Shown: positions 1 through 12,606 of the stretch, piece by piece
How the letters are laid out: each line of letters begins with the position of its first letter
Position numbering within the stretch: position 1 is the stretch's first letter
NCBI GenBank assembly: GCA_946965045.2
Contig: OX337232.1
Coordinates: 3,472,001 to 3,536,000 of the forward strand
Origin: Epithemia pelagica
Lineage: Eukaryota; Protista; Bacillariophyta
Direction: 5' to 3'
Length of the DNA stretch: 64,000 bases
The notes under the pieces: model-generated
Databases searched by the model: none
What the model was told of the DNA's origin: nothing
The model's input: the letters and a program-made list of their open reading frames with translations, nothing else
Program-made: the position numbers and the translations under genes

Positions 1-549
1 TTGTTCTCGACGTCGTCCTCCTTCTTGATCTCCTTCTCGGGCTTGCTGTCGGGCTTGTTGTCGGGCTTGCTGTTGGGTTTGGTGTCTGTGGCAGCAGAGG
101 GCGCGTCGTGAGAAAGGGAGACTCAAAACCAACAATGAACAATCAAACTTACCTTCTTTGCCGACAGCCTCGATCGCAAGGAGCTCTGCCGCGATATCCG
201 ACAGGTTAGCGCATTCGACGTCCTTGTTGCTGACGAAGAACACTGGGATACCATCTTCATCCCCAATGGTGAGTTGCCACTGTTTTGCGCGCTCGTGCCA
301 CGACAAAGGACCCTCAAGGTTGAAGGTCACATGCTTCTTTGTCGAAGCGGGAGACTTCGTCGTCGTCGTCTTCTTCTTCTTCGACGTTTTGTTGTCCACG
401 GTCGTCTTTGTCTTCATTTTCTTGTTTGCCTTGTTTCCCTTGCTTCCCTTGTCGGAGGGAAATGCGGTTGTGGAGGGAGCTGCGGCGGAGTCCTCCTGCT
501 CCTTCTTCGCAGACTCAGCTCGTTTGGTAGCACTACGCGTCTGGCCCAT
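1..549 (-). CDS. Hypothetical Lys/Ser/Thr-rich protein, 3'-partial, 2 exons (549-153, 85-<1)
   Basis: ATG at 549 (MGQTRSATKRAESAKKEQ...), open to the window edge. A GTAAGT...CCACAG intron at 152-86 with a CTCAC branch-like motif restores the frame to KEDTKPNSKPDNKPDSKPEKE. CAA-rich 5' leader. Not in the ORF track, probably because there is no stop inside the window. Confidence 0.55.
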   Translation of the reverse strand, partial: MGQTRSATKRAESAKKEQEDSAAAPSTTAFPSDKGSKGNKANKKMKTKTTVDNKTSKKKKTTTTKSPASTKKHVTFNLEGPLSWHERAKQWQLTIGDEDGIPVFFVSNKDVECANLSDIAAELLAIEAVGKEGKFDCSLLVLSLPFSRRALCCHRHQTQQQARQQARQQAREGDQEGGRRREQ

Positions 550-720
550 CGTTGGAAAGTGAGAACACAATAGGGATTCGTTCGTTTGATTGTTGTGTTT
601 GTTTGTTTGATTGTTGCCCGCTCTCCGTTCTTGTGTCATCTAGGGAATCCCCCCGCGCTCATTCGTGAACAATATCGGCGCGCGCCACAAAATCAACTTG
701 CAGCATGAAGCAACTTCCGA

Positions 721-1293
721 ATGACCCGCCGTGCAATGGAACAATCAAACAGAGACGACAGGAAGAGGCAAGGAAGAAGAAACAAGATGACCAACATGAG
801 GACGAAGTTCGAGTTCAACGAAGAGGATGGCCGTGAGGGTGGTGCTGGTCTCCCGTTCAAGTCGTGCTTTTATGCCAGCGATGTTTGCGCGCTCATCGGG
901 CCCATGTCGAGAAACAAGGACACTGGCCACAACATCGTCGACCGTGGCCATCTGCTTGTGCAGCGGGAGCTTGCAACCGACTACCTACGGATTGCAGTCT
1001 TTGACCGGGATGCAACAAGCGAGCATGAGGAACCAGCGTTGGTTGTTCCAGTTGGGTTCATTGCTCTGTCGCACCTGGACCAGGTCTCTGGAAAGACGAG
1101 CAAGAACGGACTTCCCATGGGACGCATCCGCCTCTACAAACGCTGCTCCATCAACCCTAAAGCCTGCATGGAACCCCAGGTCGTTACAATCTACATGGGC
1201 AGCAAGGATATGGATCGCTTCAACATTTCGCTTGGTGCGATGATGCTCAAGCACCCGCTTCAAAATCTCTTCTTTAATCATCAACAAGCCTAG
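721..1293 (+). CDS. Hypothetical protein, 190 aa, divergent from the gene at 1-549
   Basis: Uninterrupted ORF with globular-looking composition, followed by an AT-rich 3' region. No family recognised. Confidence 0.5.
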   Translation: MTRRAMEQSNRDDRKRQGRRNKMTNMRTKFEFNEEDGREGGAGLPFKSCFYASDVCALIGPMSRNKDTGHNIVDRGHLLVQRELATDYLRIAVFDRDATSEHEEPALVVPVGFIALSHLDQVSGKTSKNGLPMGRIRLYKRCSINPKACMEPQVVTIYMGSKDMDRFNISLGAMMLKHPLQNLFFNHQQA

Positions 1294-1921
1294 ATAGTGA
1301 ACAATGTAGCAGCGTTTTATGATTATCATTTGAGTAGGATCTTCATTCTCTATGAATACGATCTAATTCTATAGTTGTGTTACGTTTACCGTACAATACA
1401 TTGCGTTCAGGTACGGCTGTGTGAGTCACAACAAAGAAAAGAACATCAATCTTTGTTGTGAACGACGCAACTTCTAGTCTAAGTTCCATATATCTAACGA
1501 GAGGAATATCAATTTTTGACGTGAACAACGCTACAAGTGTTCATAGTCTTTGTTCTATCTTCTATCATTCGATTCTACAATAGAGGTGCATTGGTTGCAC
1601 CAAGTTTTGCCGTGAGTCGCCGTAGTAAATCGCGCGGCGACCACCTTCAACTAGATAAAACGACACCTACAAAACGAATGCAGCGCCGACATCGTTCTCC
1701 ATGCTCAACCCATGAATGGAGAAGAGGTTCAGAGCATGGGATCATGGAGCCGTCTCCTATTTGGCAAGAGATTGGTCAAAAGGACCGTTCACCATGGTCA
1801 ATTTTTGGTAGAACGGTAGAGGCATAAATAGAAGGGCTATATTAAGGGGATGGCTCGCGCGGATTACGTAGATTTCCTACTGGAGCGCTACGTCAGGAAC
1901 ATTCTGTCTGAACTCAGCTTG

Positions 1922-3835
1922 TATGCTGGGTCCCAGGAACGGACGCTTGGAAGTGGTGTGAATCGCTCCCGAGAAATTCATTCAAGCTTTTTGTTTTTTG
2001 CTAATTGGTAGATCCGGCAACAACGCTTATGCAGTCATTTTGGGTGTATGTCGTACTCGTACTCGTAGAGTCAACTAGGAGTAGTCTACGAGTGCGAGTT
2101 ACGAGTACATTCTCCACAATTTATGTCCTCCTCGTAGTGTACTCGTACTAAGCTCGTTCTGAAAACCGGAAACCGGAAAGGAGTGGGGAGTGGGGATGGG
2201 GAGGGGATCGGAATAATATAAGACTGATCGGCTCAAAGGAAAGGATCAAATTGTATGGGTCGGATTTGAGATAAGCCCATAGATCGATTCCTCTTTTAAC
2301 GCTCTTTCGATTGAGCGTTTATATGTCTTGCGAAATTGAAATATATTTGGTTAAAGTTTGCCCAACGAAACTCTAGTACTGAAAACCTTAATGGGGTTTG
2401 TGTGGCATAGGTCTAAGAAGACAACGTGAGTCGCGCGCATGAATGACCTTAGGGGTACGAGCCACGCGGAACCCAAAAACTTTGGAGCGCGATACCTCGA
2501 GAGAAGGATTTTTGAAAAATCCCGTTGTTTGAACATATCAGTCTTATATGTACAAAGTAGCCCTGTCCTCCTTGTCCTCAGTGAGACATCGTACATCGCA
2601 CCCAACTATCTTCCAAATGTGTTCTTATATGGTTTTTTTTTTGGGGGGGGGGGGGGGGGGAATGCGGTAGTGCGCACGTGATAAGTTATAAGTTACGAGT
2701 ACTCGTAGATCAAATTGGATAAACAGCAAAGAGTGTGGAGGCTAGTTTAGGTTTTTCTATCCAAAGATTTTGGAGTGTTCTACTTTCGCTCGCTAACTCG
2801 CGCGCCAGCAAGCCACTTCGGATGGACTAATCTACATCCACTCGCACCCGGTCGCCGTTTTCAACTTCATCGGTGGTCAGGGCATCAACGATAGGGAGCT
2901 CCTCTAGGTTGCCGTCATCCACAATGAGCACTGGTGGAGTGTCTTTGGGAATGCTGAATGCAAATCTAGCTTGGAGCCCCCGTCTACGTCGTTTTTGGTA
3001 AGACATGGGCGGGATCGCATCAATGATGCTTTCACTCCTCATGTCTGTGCCCTGATCCATATCGTCATTTGCAGTTGATAGGGGGGAGATTGATGAGGAG
3101 GTTGTCCATAAAAAACGAGGACCTTGAGCTTGCCAAGGTAGTCGAAATCGGGCGGCAAAGGAGGACCATTTTGTCGTCGTCCGACTCATCAGTGCTGGTT
3201 GTTTTGTTGTTCTTGAACCGGTGAAATCTCGGCTTATGGCGACAGGCGCCGTAAACCTCGTTGCACTTGTTGATTGCCAATTTCGGGTTCTTTCGTGTGA
3301 ATCCCAGTATCTCTAGCCTCTCTTTTGCGCAGAGTTTACAGTTCCGTGTACCAAACGTCTTGACTGTTGACAGTGGCTTGCCCTGCCATGGGATATATAT
3401 CTGATTGGGTATCTCAAGACGGCCCTCTGAGGTGCGATTTTATAGCTCTCTCACTTTTTCCGCTTGCTCGGAATCATGCAACGTCTACAACCTTCCATCT
3501 CCGTGAAGGGTGCAAACTTGGGTGCACACAAATCCAGTGAGCTGCCGAGATTGCTCCTTCTCTTCCCCGTTCTCGGCTCGTGTTCCTGCAATGTAACTCT
3601 TAAAATCACGATCACACAGAGTAGTAGTTGTAAAGAAATTTTTCCTTGGTTCTTCAGTCTCATTCAATCACCTCTCTAACTCTCGGTTCAAGAAAGCGAA
3701 CTTCTCATGAACAAAAGAAGGTCGCGATCTGATCACGAATCCATCGAGACATTAACTGCTGCTTCCATAGACCATAGACATCATCCGATCAAGACAGCAA
3801 ACCCTATCTTCCTCGAGTGCCCAATCCAAAAGCAT
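1922..3835. repeat. Segmental duplicate of 9007-14395 (intergenic flank of the cyclase-PDE array)
   Basis: Near-identical blocks: 1922-2710 vs 9007-10283 (without the MITE), 3392-3490 vs 10281-10377, 3487-3540 vs 12810-12866, 3548-3835 vs 14108-14395. A third, more diverged copy of the 3' part lies at about 4100-4770. Confidence 0.9.
2711..3391 (-). mobile_element. 5'-truncated Penelope-like retroelement fragment (GIY-YIG C-terminal end plus 3' region)
   Basis: Absent from the duplicate (actcgtagat|atatatctg at about 10283) and flanked by GAT/GAT. The minus strand reads PWQGKPLSTVKTFGTRNCKLCAKERLEIL...INKCNEVYGACRHKPRFHRF...TDES, matching the CxxC...CRH tail of PLE GIY-YIG endonucleases. Confidence 0.75.
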
Positions 3836-4770
3836 TATCATCATCCTCCTCCATGTCCTCTCCTCCTTCCTGCTGCTCCTCCTCCTTCTCCTTGTCCAGA
3901 GGGTTATCCACAAGATACGCTTCACTTGAAGCTGTCATGGTTGAAACCAAGTCTGGGATCAAACGCAGAGGTGATTTTTGGTAGCCCGGTTTTGGAATTT
4001 ATGATAACAATAATACTCATATATATAGGTGCTCGTATTTCCCCGAAACAACGGGAAAAGAGAGAAAGGGAATATGTACAATAATTCTCATAACAGCCCC
4101 TACTCTCGAAGAATTCGGTCAGACATCGCACCCAACTACTTTCCAAAGGTTTCCTCATAGGATTTGGGGGAAAAGGGCGAAAGTGCGTACGTGACACATG
4201 ATTGGGTATCTCCAGACGGTCCCCCGCGGTGCGATGGTTTCGCCTCTCTCTCACTTTTTCCGCTTCTACTCGGATTTATTAATGTGGTGTCGTTCCACGG
4301 ATCCAAAAGTTCCAGTGAGCTGCCGAGATTGCTCCTTGTTCCCCGTTCTCCGTTCGTGTTCGTGCAATGTAACTCTCTAACAGAATCACGATCACCCACA
4401 ATACACTCGTAGTAGTAGTCAAGAAATTTCTCCTTTTGTTTCTCCAGTAATTCAATCTCCTCTTTATTTCTCGGTTCCAACAAGCGAACCTCTCATGATG
4501 AAAAGAAGGTCACGATCGGATCGCGAATACCTGCAGACATAAACTGTTGCTTCCCTAGACATCATCCGACCACGACACAAGACAGACCAAGAATCATCTT
4601 CCCAATCCAAAAAAGAGAAACCAATTCAGTAGAGCGACCAGGGACGACAAGACCACACACCTTGAGACCGAACTACCAGATAAGATAGAACACAAGTCGA
4701 AAAGAAGAAATTCCCATTGTCTACTATAAAATAGCTTAATTGATTGTTCGTTAAAATCCCATTTGAACGC

Positions 4771-7700
4771 TCAGCAAGACCGTCTCTCGGGTGCATCCTC
4801 GTCCCAAAAATCTTCAGTATCAACCTCCGCCACAGGATGGATCTCCATAGGCGATGTCTGACCCTCTACTTGTGTTCCGCTATTACTAGTACTGTTCCCC
4901 GCAATCGCATTCATCATTTCCTCAACGACTTCCTTGCCCCGATCCTGCCATTCTTGACGATTCTTGAGTGCATAATTCAAACATTCGTCACTCGAAACAC
5001 CAAACACACCACATTTCTTGAGCTTCTTGGCCAAGGGAATAATGTAAAAGTCGAAAAAGCCAATTTCGCCCTGATACCAATTCAACGACGGATCCGTGTC
5101 GGCCCGTCCTTCTTGGTAAGCACGGTAACATTCGTGGAAGAAATTCTCATTCCACTTGCGGTAAATATGCCTGTATAGATGTATCATTGGGTTGGAATGA
5201 GAGAGAACGGAGAGGATGGTACGAAGGCACGGCATGAACGAAGGATGGTAACGTACCAATGCTGCATGGTATGGGCGACATCCGACGCCTGAATCAAGTG
5301 CTCAATCACAATGGTCGCCTTTCGGTTCACTGTAGCCAATGGGTCCTCTGCTTGATGTTGGTCGGCAAAGGCACTGTCCCAACGAGCATTGCGAAGGACC
5401 TTGAGCTCCTTGTCAGCAATATCTGTGGCAAGCACAGCCTGAGAATTACAAACGAGCACAACACGATTGAGGATTTCGATTGACACAGGACAATAAAGGG
5501 GGTCTTCCGGCAATTGTTCATCTTATACGTACCTGTACGACAAGTTGACGGAAGCGAGCAAACTCATCTTGCGTCGAGTAGATACATGCTCGTAAGTCCT
5601 TATATTGATCGCTCTGCAACAGTTTCCAGGAGAGATCAATGGAGTTTTGTTCGGCCACACTCTTTCCGCGATAGGCTGACGCCAATGGGGCATTTTCTTC
5701 GATGAGTACAGTGTTTGGGACTCCTGTATGGTCCACATCGTGAATCAATGCCGCAAAGACCAACGAGAACTGTGTCAACGGGTCTGAGGTGATACCATAA
5801 GTATGGTCATGAAGGGTCGACTCAATGGTATGCTCTTGCACCGGCTCGGTCGCAACGCCGCTGTTGCTGTCCCGTTTCCGAACGTATTCCAGATCGGATG
5901 GCATGATAATGCGAGACAAGAGTTTGGTCACGGACATTGTCACATGACAGGCATGCTCAAAACTGTGAAAGTTGTTGTTCCGGTACAGGTTGGCAATTGA
6001 GGTGATAAAGGCACGAAGTTGATTGACGACCGCGTCGTCTAGTTCGACCATGAGCGGGTCATCTTGGTTTCTTGCCGCGTCGGCATCAAATTCTGGCAGC
6101 CAAATGATTTCCTTGACTTCGTCCAAACAAATCTTGCCAGGCTGCTGCGTCCACTCCAGATTCTTGTCGAGAGAATCATTCGGTGCATTCGGGTGCACTT
6201 GTTTCTCGGCAGTGCGTCGTGCTAGAATTTGCTTCAAAAAGCGACTTAGGACATCGACTTGCCAATCAATCAAACGTATCGTCTTGTTGTCTGTCGAATC
6301 CAGGAAGGTGTCATTGGCAGAATCCGCAGCCGTCGACAAGTGTGCATTGGATACATCGTCTTTAATATGAAGCCAAAAGGTTTGCATTTGACCTTTACCC
6401 TTGGCCATGACTATATCCTGACGTGCCTTGACCCAGTGTGACTTTCCGGCAGCGGTCAACAAGTCGGCCGTTTCTTTGGACATGTGAATGCGATTTCGGC
6501 GTCCGGTACTTTCAATACGAGCCTGATAAAAAAAGATGAGAGTTAGAATACTCCAATCGTTTGGATAGGGATACTCTTGCCGAGACAAGATTACACGTAC
6601 CGTTGTGTTGATGGTATCTCCAAACAGCTGGAACCGAGCACGTTCTCCTCGCAGCACACCTGCCGTGACTGTTGACGAAAAAAACAAACACAATATCCAA
6701 TGAAATGTGAGGAAGGCGTTCCAACAATCCCACAACCATGAGAGTGGAACAACAACACTCTGATCTACGTACCACTTCCACTGTGCAAACCAATTCGAAC
6801 ACCGAGGTCACCCGTATCAGGTCCCAAGGTCATTTCCAAACGTTTGACCACCTCTTGAGTCGTCAACAAGGCATCCATGGCAAACCGGGCCATCACCACC
6901 GCATGGTCTTTGCGCTTTTCGGGAAGTCCAGCAACCGCCACATAGCAATCACCGACCGTCTCGACCTTGAAGACTCGACGTTTCTGGGCGAGACGGTCCA
7001 GGGAGCTAAAGACATTTTCCAACAGGGTAAAGACTTGGGTCGGCTCGCGCATGGACGACCAGGCGGTAAAATCAGTAATATCGGCAAACATGATGGTCGT
7101 TTCCAAAAATAAATCGGCAATCGGTGCGTTCAGTCCAGCGGCGGCATCTTCGTCCATGATTCCACCATCCAACAAATTTTGCAGTTTGCCCATGTGCGAC
7201 GTCATTTGATGATTCTTCTTGTTATTGTTGGCCGGCTGATCCAAGAGTCGGTCTCGAATATTACTAGGAAAGAGGGATGAGACGAGAGCATTGGATTTGG
7301 CCGCATTGGCCACCACCTTGGTATTGCGCTTGCGTTGAAACAAATCATAGGCCAAAAAGGCGGCCACCATGGACAAAAAGACTGCTCCGACGACCACCGT
7401 CAAGTAAATGGGACTGGAGGACTTGTAATCGTCTTCAAATTCTTGAGAGGGATATACGTTGACCGTGTAGATACACGCGCCTGCCTTTCGCGCCGCTTCG
7501 ACATTGTTGTAGGTATTGAAATCGGCCGAAAGTTTGTAGGAATCATAGGCCGTGTCATGAAGATCGCCACTGCCAATGTAACGAGCGTCCTTGCCTTCGA
7601 TTTTCCAGGTGGCCGTATTGTTACAGGTGTTTTCGAGAACAAGATAAATTCCGCGAACGTCATCGGGAAGAATGTCCGAGAAATACACATTCCATCGCAA

Positions 7701-8707
7701 CAAAATGAGGAGTTCTCCGACAACCTTCTTGGATTCTTGATCAAACGAGTCAAAGAGGGGCTGGTAATAAAAGGAATCGGGTTCATACTTGTCCGAAGGG
7801 TAGAGCAGATCCACAAATTGCTTACTCAGTACAGAACCCACCACTCCCTCTCCCAGAGTCTCCATGATATTATGAAGAACGACCGAGTCGCTCAAGGAGA
7901 AGGAATTAAAGTTGAGCAGTGGCAAGACAGGAAGAGGATCGGCCTGCCAAATGGCTAAAAAGGGCCCCGTCGCGTTGCGGTCGTACATGGTGGGTTGACT
8001 GCCATTGCCAAAATACCAGACATCGGGCAAAAAGGCCGATCCATTGTACCAATCGAGATTGGACATGATGTATTGAGACCATTGCATTCGATCTTGAGGT
8101 TCCACAATGGGTAGCAGCATGAATCCAACCGCACTCGTTTGGCGCCTCAAGTTTTGCGCATGGACATGAAAATCCGGAATGGTCACCAAGGGCCAATCGG
8201 TATCCGACTGTCGCACTGTCGTGGTGATTTGATCGGCAAAATCCTTGCAACTGGTACGAATGGTGGAGGCACTAAAGGTGGACGATTCCAAAAGCGTCGT
8301 TGCAAATTGATTGAACTGAAAACAACAGCATATGTTAGACGGTTTGTCAACAAAATTAGAGAGTCCAAACTGCACCAAACAAGAGAGAGAGAAGAACGTA
8401 CCGAGTCTTCAAAATCGTCTTCTTCTTCATTGGCTAGGAAAATGCACGTGAGGGTTGTGACGGCTCCTCCGACCAACAACATGGCAACAATGACAACCCA
8501 TCGCCAGTTGCGGACAACTTTGGTTTCTTCACGAATAATCTTTTTGATTTCTTCCACTTCATCTCGAGAATTGGAGGTGGTGGACAAGCGGTTGGTTTCG
8601 TCGTCATCCTCCTCCATGTCATCTTCTTGTATCACGTTACCGTGCTTGTCGTCCAAAGACTTTTCCTGGAGCGGATATTGTTCTGAAACAACAACTTCCT
8701 TCACCAT
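4771..8707 (-). CDS. Membrane adenylate/guanylate cyclase-phosphodiesterase fusion, paralogue A, intact; exons 8707-8402, 8315-6773, 6668-6601, 6522-5533, 5438-5257, 5170-4771 (1162 aa)
   Basis: Five GT-AG introns with consistent phases. Two TM helices flank an extracellular domain. Class III cyclase motifs: TIMFADITDFT, KVETVGDCY, RIGLHSG, RFQLFGDTINT, ARIESTG. PDE motifs: FHSFEHACHV, IHDVDH, LIQASDVAH. Confidence 0.93.
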
Positions 8708-9129
8708 GGTCGAACGTTCCTTGGGTGTCAAACAGTGTGAATCTCCTGATTTGATTTTTTTCTTTCTAAGAATGGTCTCGCTGCCGAGAAAATGAACATG
8801 AGGCAAAATTGAAGAAATCATGTTGGGTGCGTGTCTTCAAAGACTACGAGCTACCAGTACCCCAGTACGAGTACGAGTACTCGTACGAATCCGAACTGCG
8901 AATTACGAATACAAAGTTCCCCTACACGAAAATAGGATTTTTCACGGGACCTAAAGCTACTCTCTTCCCCCCATCAATGATCCAGTGATGATGCACATAT
9001 ATTACCTATGCTGGGTCCCAGGAACGTACGCTTGGAAGTGGTGTGAATCGCTCCCGAGAAATTCATTCAAGCTTTTTTGTTTTTTGCTAATTGGTAGATC
9101 CGGCAACAACGCTTATGCAGTCATTTTGG

Positions 9130-9602
9130 CAGGGTGACCGGAGTCTAATTATACCCTCACTTTTAGACCCGGTCTGAAAGGGTATAATTATTTTAGACAG
9201 AGGTCGAGTCTAAAATAAAATTTTTAGACTCTTAACCCTAACCCTTCAGTAGCGCCGCCGCCACTGCGTGAGTACGAGACCGTTCTGCCTCATCCATCTC
9301 AATGACATCTCAATGAACAAAGTAAGGTCTCAGTTATCCTCTCTCATGCTTAGAGAGTGCAAGAACAATGTCATCCATACCACTCAATAACTTCGATGAT
9401 GAAGCTATGAGGTCCTCTGGATGTGTTGTCATAGACAATGCTCGCTCCTATTAGCTGGCTGTCTAGGGTTAGGGTTATTGCATCGTCGTACAAAACCACG
9501 GTGAGATTTTAGACCCTGCTTTAGACATTTTATACAGTCTAAAAGTACTTTTAGATTTATTTTAGACCTGAAATATTCTAGACTGTCTAAGCGGTCACCC
9601 TG
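9130..9602. mobile_element. MITE, 473 bp, 11-bp TIR CAGGGTGACCG, 7-bp TSD ATTTTGG
   Basis: TIRs at 9130-9140 and 9592-9602. TSD at 9123-9129 and 9603-9609. The empty site is present at 2037-2050. Many subterminal TTTAGAC/GTCTAAA motifs. Confidence 0.92.
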
Positions 9603-10571
9603 ATTTTGGGTGTATGTCGTACTCGTACTCGTAGAGTCAACTAGGAGTAGTCTACGAGTGCGAGTTACGAGTACATTCTCCACAATTTATGTCCTCTTCG
9701 TAGTGTACTCGTACTAAGCTCGTTCTGAAAACCGGAAACCGGAAAGGAGTGGGGAGTGGGGATGGGGAGGGGATCGGAATAATATAAGACTGATCGGCTC
9801 AAAGGAAAGGATCAAATTGTATGGGTCGGATTTGAGATAAGCCCATAGATCGATTCCTCTTTTAACGCTCTTTCGATTGAGCGTTTATATGTCTTGCGAA
9901 ATTGAAATATATTTGGTTAAAGTTTGCCCAACGAAACTCTAGTACTGAAAACCTTAATGGGGTCTGTGTGGCATAGGTCTAAGAAGACAACGTGAGTCGC
10001 GCGCGTGAATGACCTTAGGGGTACGAGCCGCGCGGAACCCAAAAACTTTGGAGCGCGATACCTCGAGAGAAGGATTTTTGAAAAATCTCGTTGTTTGAAC
10101 AGATCAGTCTTATATGTACAAAGTAGCCCTGTCCTCCTTGTCCTCTCTCACTCAGTGAGACATCGTACATCGCACCCAACTATCTTCCAAATGTGTTCTT
10201 ATATGGTTTTTTTTGGGGGGGGGGTGGGAATGCGGTACGATAGTGCGCACGTGATAAGTTATGAGTTACGAGTACTCGTAGATATATATCTGATTGGGTA
10301 TCTCAAGACGGTCCTCTGAGGTGCGATTTGATAGCCTCTCTCACTTTTTCCGCTTGCTCGGAATCATTCAACGCCTAACTATATACCTAGCTATGCAGGT
10401 AGTTCGTCTCACATTTTTATTTTACAGTAGAATTTTATTGTAGAGCCGGGAAGTAGTGATCGTGCGAATCGCGCGACATCATGGGTGAACCGCGAAAGGA
10501 ACATTATGTCCCTGCGACATCCCATCTCATAATAAAACCGGGCGGCTGTCACTACCTACATATCTAGATAT

Positions 10572-12606
10572 TACCCCCTAGCGGAAGGGTGAGTCCTGGT
10601 CGTGAATGAGAGTTTGTGCATTCTGATACTCACCCCCAAGGCGCCATCGCGCTCACTCGACTTTGACACAAACCACAAATTTCATCTCACACATTCACTG
10701 CATCCACCACGGTGGGTGGAGGTGCAACCCTCTACCATGCCATCGTCGAAGTCTTCTTCATCGCACAAGCGCAACCGTCGGTCCCAACACCAGGTTAGAG
10801 AGCATTTCGGCGGCTCCATGCCAAAGGACACGTCCATTCTAAGCAGTATTGAAGCCACCAACAAACACCCTGCAATCGCCAAAACTCAACAAGCTTATTC
10901 CTCTCGTCAACCCAGCCCTGATCCTTCTCCTAATGCTCCCCCAAGTGTTCCTTCCCCTCCCTCCGTTCCACCCATGGCTTCAAGAAGTGACTCTGACTTC
11001 AGCGATCATGCTCCCCCCATTCCCGAGGAATTTGAATCGACTGACTCGGACAACGAAGATGGATCCTCCCGCACCACCCACATAACCAACATCATTCTCC
11101 ACCGCATTTTCATTGTCCAATATCGCTTCTCCGTCGAATCCTTTGTCCGTCAACTCCACCCTTCCTTCGAATGAAACAAACAACAACCCGTCAGTGCACA
11201 CGCAGGTTTCCTCCTTCTCCTTCAGTGTGTGGCACCGTCAACATTCCTTCGGTTTCTTGGTTGGCAGATTGGTCTTGTCGCGAAGTATGGCAGTATTTGT
11301 GGCATGTAGTGGAAGCTAAAGTCGAGGAGGAATTGCGTCAGGAGTATAAGGATGCGATTGAGGTCTGCCTTCTCGATGCAAGAGGAAAAGGAATGCCAGT
11401 CTTTCCCGATTTGATGGGTCCTCAGCACTTTGGTCCATTTTGTTAGGGAGAGTGCGTTGGAAGACTTTGTGTTCCTCCATGTCGACTGGAGAGATTTGGC
11501 GGAAGACAAGACAGGACCAGAAGCGGTGAATGCAACATTGGACTTGGATCGCTTTGTTTTTTTTTAACAACCACAGTACTTGGCACGATTCGACAGCAAA
11601 ACGTCGAGCCCAGAACAACAGAAAGGATTGTGATTCATTGGACCAGTGCTTTGAAACGTTTTGGACGAACGAAACATGTGGTATTGTTCTAGTATTGTTC
11701 TAAATGTAAAGAACATGTACGAGCTATGAAAAATGAAAACCATGGAACTGAAGCTCTTTCCCAATATTCTGGTTGTCCGTTTGAAGTGGTTTGAGTTTAA
11801 GAATGTCATGCGCTGCGACAAGTTGGAGACCTTGGTGAACTTTCCCTTAGACGGCTTGGACATCGGTACCCATTGTGCTCGACATGGAAATGGTCAAGAG
11901 TCTTTTGTGGAGGATTCGGTTCCGGCCATGTACGATTTATTGGCGGTGGCGAATCATTATGGCCGAATGGGATTTGGTCACTACACCGCGTTTGCTGCGA
12001 ACTGGAATGAAAATGAAACATCCAATGAATGGCAATGATTCGACTGTCAAGAGTGTGGGAGAATCAGGTGATTCCGTGGTGTCTTCGGCCGCCTACGTGC
12101 TCTTTTCTCGACGTCGGATGTGCGTAGCGTAATGATAGGCAGAGGAAAGGAGTTGTCTTTGTAGTGTTGACGGGTTGGAGGTGTTGGTTTGCAGGCCAGG
12201 ACAGTCCATGACGTGGGTTGGGATAGGGTCGACAACTCGGGTCGGGTTGGGCGGGTGCATAATGGTGTCGGATGGATGGTCTTCGTTCGGGTTGTTGTTG
12301 CTTCCAATTGCACTGTGTTGGTACTGAGATCTATATGGAAGCAGCGGGTCGGAACGGTTGGTTTCCGCGCCAGTATGGTCCCTTGGGTTGGTAGAGACAG
12401 GGCGAACAACTCGGGTCGGATGGGGAGGGGCCATGAGTGTTGTAACAACCACAACAAGATGGATCTCGTAGTGATTGCGTTGTGGTGTTGGTGAGTTTGT
12501 GTCAAAGTCGAAAAATCCCCGATTTTGAGAATCGCGCCTTGGGGGTGAGTATCAGAATGCTCTTGGTCTGTCTGTCAACCTGGACTCGCCCTTCCGCTAG
12601 GGGGTA
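10572..12606. mobile_element. Non-autonomous long-TIR element (Pack-MULE-like) carrying gene fragments
   Basis: Imperfect TIRs of about 110 bp (TACCCCCTAGCGGAAGGG...GCATTCTGATACTCACCCCCAAGGCGC...CGACTTTGACACAAA). TSD ATCTAGATAT at 10562-10571 and 12607-12616 (8 bp if the termini are TTAC...GTAA). No transposase inside. Confidence 0.85.
11560..12132 (+). pseudogene. Degraded C-terminal fragment of a USP (peptidase C19, USP4/11/15-like) ubiquitin hydrolase
   Basis: WYCSKCKEHVRAMKTMELKLFPNILVVRLKWF, LVNFPLDGLD, YDLLAVANHYGRMGFGHYTAFA (His box), SSAAYVLF. Stops and frameshifts on both sides; no Cys box. Confidence 0.85.

Noticed and set aside
9230-9480. Telomere or interstitial telomeric array
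   Set aside because: Only about two TTAGGG-like units at each spot, inside a MITE.
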